Origin: Lepidodermella squamata
Lineage: Eukaryota > Animalia > Gastrotricha
Length of the DNA stretch: 64,000 nucleotides
Direction: 5' to 3'
Assembly: GCA_047495785.1 (NCBI GenBank)
Contig: JBLDXI010000025.1
Location: 186,001-250,000 of the forward strand
Part shown: positions 59,964-64,000 of the stretch, piece by piece
How positions within the stretch are numbered: position 1 is the first letter of the stretch
Layout: each line of letters opens with the position of its first letter
The notes under the pieces: generated by a model
What the model saw: only the letters and a program-made list of their open reading frames with translations
What the model was told of the DNA's origin: nothing
Database searches by the model: none
Program-made: the position numbers and the translations under genes

Positions 59964-60582
59964 TTATGCGTTGATGAACTGCGTCGATCCAGTATATGAC
60001 CGGCACTTCTCGCGCTTGTTGATATCGTCAATCATTTTCTGCGGGCAGTAGGTGATAACAATGTGGCGCAGAGCTTCGCGAGCTGGGTCGCAAGTTGGAT
60101 TGGCCTGTATACAGAAGAGTAATTAATACCGGTTGACAGTTTCTCAAGAAAGTAAGAGCAACTTACGTCAAGCTGGTCACAAACGTCACGGCAAGTCAAC
60201 TGACCATTGCGAAGCATACTTTCGTGCTTTTGCTAAGGAAGATTTTAAAATAAGCAATGAACAAAAACAGATTCGTGTGAAATCTTACGACAGCGTAGCG
60301 GTGGTCGAAGATCTGAGCTGCCTCGCGCATTTTCCAATCGTCGCGCAGCCCTTCGTCATCTCCGCGCTCTTCGAATTCAGACTCCTCGAAATCACCACGC
60401 TGATTTCTCTGCTCATCTTGGACAGCCCGCAAGAACGCCGCTTGGCGAGCCGCATCCGCCGCTGTCTTAACCAGACCAACCTCAGCAAGCTCGGTCGGGT
60501 CGTTCCATCGGCGGTGAAGGGGCGAAGCTGAGGCGATGGCAGCTACAACAGCCAAATAGCAGTAGGTTGAAAAAAGAGACAT
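59964..60582 (-). CDS. Unknown secreted prepropeptide B; exons 60289-60582, 60167-60232, 59964-60104
   Basis: Signal peptide, RR site, acidic pro-region, then LTCRDVCDQLDANPTCDPAREALRHIVITYCPQ..EKCRSY. Introns are phase-0 GTAAG..AG. Confidence 0.78.
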
Positions 60583-61614
60583 GTTTGAGAACTAATTAAG
60601 TATTGGCGAAAAAAAGATATGTCTTGTCGGCAGGGTTACGGTGTTTATATAGCCCGGTTAGTCATGACAGGTTTTCCGCAGTTTTGCTCCGGTTGCGTTG
60701 GCGGCGTTTCTCGCCCAGCCATGCGGTATATTCACAGGTGTCTCACCTCTGTAACGGAACTTTTCGGCAATTTCCAGCCGCTTAGTCATCTGAAGCACAA
60801 ACCCGCCTTTAAACCTGCTGTCACTGAGTGCGCATATTTCTTCACGCGTGGTTTTGCCACTTGATGTGTTTTCTCATGCTGTAAGATCAGAACTTGCTAG
60901 AGCGTAAATTGCTGCATTTTTACGACGCAAAAGACAGTCGTTAAAGATGCGGGGTGTTTTCGTCTTACTCATTATGCTTGTCACATGATATACCAAGTCT
61001 TGCAATTCGAAATAATTCCTGTCTGCTAACAACAGAATTTCTCGTCAACGAAAATGAATTTAAGCAGAGATGCACACTGATTTGGGAACCAGATTTAGCC
61101 ACCGCGGCTCATAACAATGGCCTCTTCCATCCTCCAAATTCGTTGCTTGCTAGCAAGGTGTCACGAAAATGAATGTAAAAAGCTAAAGCAATATTTCATC
61201 CTATTGTTAGTGCAAAGTATTAATAAAGGCTATCTGAACAAAATTTTCTTGCAGTTTTTTAGCAAAATGCATCGCCTTCATTCAACGGAAATCGCTTCAA
61301 AATTCGTGACTATTTTTACCTCGTTGCGTTGAGCAATGCGCAAGGCGGAGATGAAAGATTTAAAAATTTGACAGCGGGATGCTCTGCAATAAATTTTTCG
61401 CATTATTTACTCAACTCTGGACGGATAACGTTTCAAAGTTTCGCTCGCTGCAATAAACTGTTGATCGATTGACGTGTGAGCAATAATTCGAGATTGATTG
61501 AAGCTGAAAAGTATTAAACGCAAACAAAACATACCAGCCAGCTACGAAAATCAAACAGTCACCGATTCTGATGGTTAGAAATCGAGAAAAAATTATAAAA
61601 TCCACTGGCACAGC

Positions 61615-62833
61615 ATGCTTGGAAACCACTCCCTTTTATTTTTTGTCATTATTCTGTTCAGCCTAAATTATGGTAAGATAATGATTGATTTAACCCAGTT
61701 TGATAGCATTTCTTTCAGTCGAGGGTTACTGGGATCTCCAAAAGATCCTCAACATCGAGCTGCCACCAGCTCAGGCCGTTCCTTCGCTCAGTGTTCCGGA
61801 TCTAGTCGCCAACTGCCGAGGAATATGGCCAGATAATCGAAGTCCGCGCTACGACCTAGAGGTGTTCATGGAACTAACTGTAGATCGTTTTGTCAGTATT
61901 GATGACGTGCTTGAGAGCGTGACTGTAACCGGGTCACTACAAGCAATTTGGGGCGCGACATGCAACAACACTGAGAAACTGAAAGTAACCCAACCTAAGG
62001 ATCGCATCATGATTCCTGACCCCTCGGCTATCTACAAGCCTGCCATCGGCTTCCGAAGTTCGGTTGATGACATTGCGATGCAAAGCGAGTTATTCTATGA
62101 CCGTATGGAGCTCTACTACGAAAAAGTCGACAATGCTCTGGAACTCGCGTTCTTCTGGAAACGCCGCGGCATCTTCACGTCCGTCTGCAACTTGAACCTC
62201 GCGAAATTTCCATTCGACAGCCAAACTTGCAACTTGCAATTTAACATGGTCGAATCAAACACCCTGGTCAAGTTTACGCAGGCGAATATCATCCAAAACA
62301 CCGTTAGCTCTCGCGTCGACATATGGACGTTGCAGAAAGGCGGTTATTCATTTCAAAACATCACGCCTGATGGGGAGGATACAGTCAGCCAGGTGACTTA
62401 CACGTTGGCCTTTCAACGCCACCCGATGTATTTCCTCAGCAACTTACTAGCCCCGTGTTTGGTTTTGAATTTCCTGGAGCTGGTCGCGTTCCTCATCCCG
62501 CCAGATAACAGCGACCGGCTTTGCTTCAGTGTTTACTTGGTGTTGGCCTTTGCTGTCGGCCAGACGCAAGTCCTGGCCAGCATCCCGCAAACTCCGCAAC
62601 ATGTGTTGCTGAATGATTACATCCAGCTGTTGGCAATCGTCTGCGTCGCTTGCAACCTGCACGCTATTGCCATGTTCTGGTTTGTCACTACATTCCCGCG
62701 TGTTGCTAAAAAGAAAGTTTGCGCCAAGAAGTTGTGTGTTAGCACGGTTGTTGATATCGTAGCGTTCAGCCTAGCCCTGGCAATGCTACTCGGCGTCAAC
62801 ATTTATGCCATGTCGGCCGCAGGGTACATTTGA
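61615..62833 (+). CDS. Divergent Cys-loop ligand-gated ion channel subunit (nAChR-like, non-alpha); exons 61615-61672 and 61719-62833
   Basis: Signal peptide; Cys loop CNLNLAKFPFDSQTC; pre-M1 FQRHPMYFLSNLLAP; four TM segments; no vicinal cysteines in loop C. Confidence 0.88.
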
Positions 62834-63219
62834 ATCCTTATCATCATCAGCATCATCTCTGCTTTATCAGCTTCTAAGAAATCCGGTGTTACCCGTCGTG
62901 AAATGTCGTCCCCTTTAAATTTCATTCGAAACTCAATGTTTAGCTTAGATCTATCACGCTTATGGAATAAACATGAAACGTGGAAAATACTTGTTAATTT
63001 CGAGCGAAACACGTCGTGCGAATTCCCACATCCATATTCTTCAGTGAGAATCAAGTTTATTCAAGTATATGCGTATATTCTTCAATGAGGCAAAAATAGT
63101 ATCGCACCAGTTACCAGCAGAGCTAAAAACTTGGCGGATTCCAGTGCAGTTGCATGGCTCATAATCGTTCTGTGAGGGAAAAATGATGAATTAAGTTGCA
63201 TTTAAATTAATATCTAAAT

Positions 63220-63744
63220 TTACGGTGGCGCTACGCCGTGAGGTGTTTTTTGGAAGAGACTTTTGTCCATTCCAACTTTGTCTTTGAAAACCTGGAAGCC
63301 TTTGTCCTCTTCTGCCTGGGTTATTGTGTTGTTTCGAGCCAGAATCCAACCGTAGTTGGAAGTGCTCCATACTACAGCCATTCGATAATCGCCGCCAATG
63401 TAAAGAACCTGATAATCGCCACAGACAGGTGCAGCTGGGAATTTTACGCAGAGCTTCGCATTATCCTTGATAGTGGCGTAGCCGCGAATGATGTTCCATT
63501 CTTTTGTTCCAGTGAGCCATTCGCGATTGATGACGCCGATTGTTCCATTGTTGTAATTTGTGTAAAACGCAGTGGTGTCAACTCCTGATTGGAAAATGTT
63601 ATTCTTCGTTCGCCAGATTTCGTACCAGAGACCGACGTATTTGTTGACATCGAATGGTGACTGTCTATCAGGGTTTGGTTGAGGCGGACATGCGTGCACA
63701 ACTCCTATAACGACGGCAGATAAGAAAATAATGGGCAGGTTCAT
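63220..63744 (-). CDS. Lipocalin, Blc/ApoD-like, intronless CDS
   Basis: SCR1 FDVNKYVGLWYEI, SCR2-like YQVLYIGGDYRMAVV, SCR3 YGWILAR; signal peptide ending VHA-C. Confidence 0.9.
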   Translation of the reverse strand: MNLPIIFLSAVVIGVVHACPPQPNPDRQSPFDVNKYVGLWYEIWRTKNNIFQSGVDTTAFYTNYNNGTIGVINREWLTGTKEWNIIRGYATIKDNAKLCVKFPAAPVCGDYQVLYIGGDYRMAVVWSTSNYGWILARNNTITQAEEDKGFQVFKDKVGMDKSLFQKTPHGVAPP

Positions 63745-64000
63745 TTCAGACACGTCAACTATTTATGAATTTTATGTTTGCTTTTATACTCACATTTAAG
63801 CATCCCAAATCCCAAAGGCATCTCGTTTGAATTTGAAGGGATTAAGTCCTAGTTTTCGTATGGATTTGTGCATTTTTTCAAGTATCGATGACCAACAGGT
63901 GTGAACTTAGTGAAAAGAATGCACCAAACAGGGAAATTGCACTTGAATATATTTTCGTGATCCGATACCATCTCATTTGGTGTACCTGGAATGGCCAGTG

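Noticed and set aside
1-64000. CRISPR array or prokaryotic operon
   Set aside because: The sequence is intron-containing animal DNA with no regularly spaced repeat-spacer array.

Overview
Invertebrate (metazoan) genomic DNA with short GT-AG introns (mostly about 40-60 nt) and patchy GC-rich exons. In order: the 3' end of CCDC22, with a complete antisense two-pore K+ channel gene nested in its intron; PPP1R11; a small secreted PAN/apple-like gene with a nonsense codon; a cluster of six tRNA-type genes (one truncated); NEK6/7; a recent 5'-truncated LINE with a target-site duplication; an orphan coiled-coil gene and about 7 kb of non-coding DNA; three divergent GABA-B-like class C GPCR genes (two are a gene-converted duplicate pair, one with a premature stop); a full Cav2 calcium-channel alpha1 gene; and a run of small lineage-specific secreted or receptor genes (ankyrin plus Cys-rich, sushi, two paralogous unknown prepropeptides, a divergent Cys-loop channel, an intronless Blc-like lipocalin). 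The most unusual object is a 2.25-kb element (30203-32453) with about 125-bp terminal inverted repeats and no coding capacity. Its interior is packed with nested hairpins showing plus-strand G-U pairs, a cUUCGg tetraloop, an about 245-bp imperfect rod and a 17-nt long-range pairing, so it is a candidate mobile element carrying a large structured ncRNA. All calls were made by eye without database searches or folding software; exon boundaries are manual predictions.
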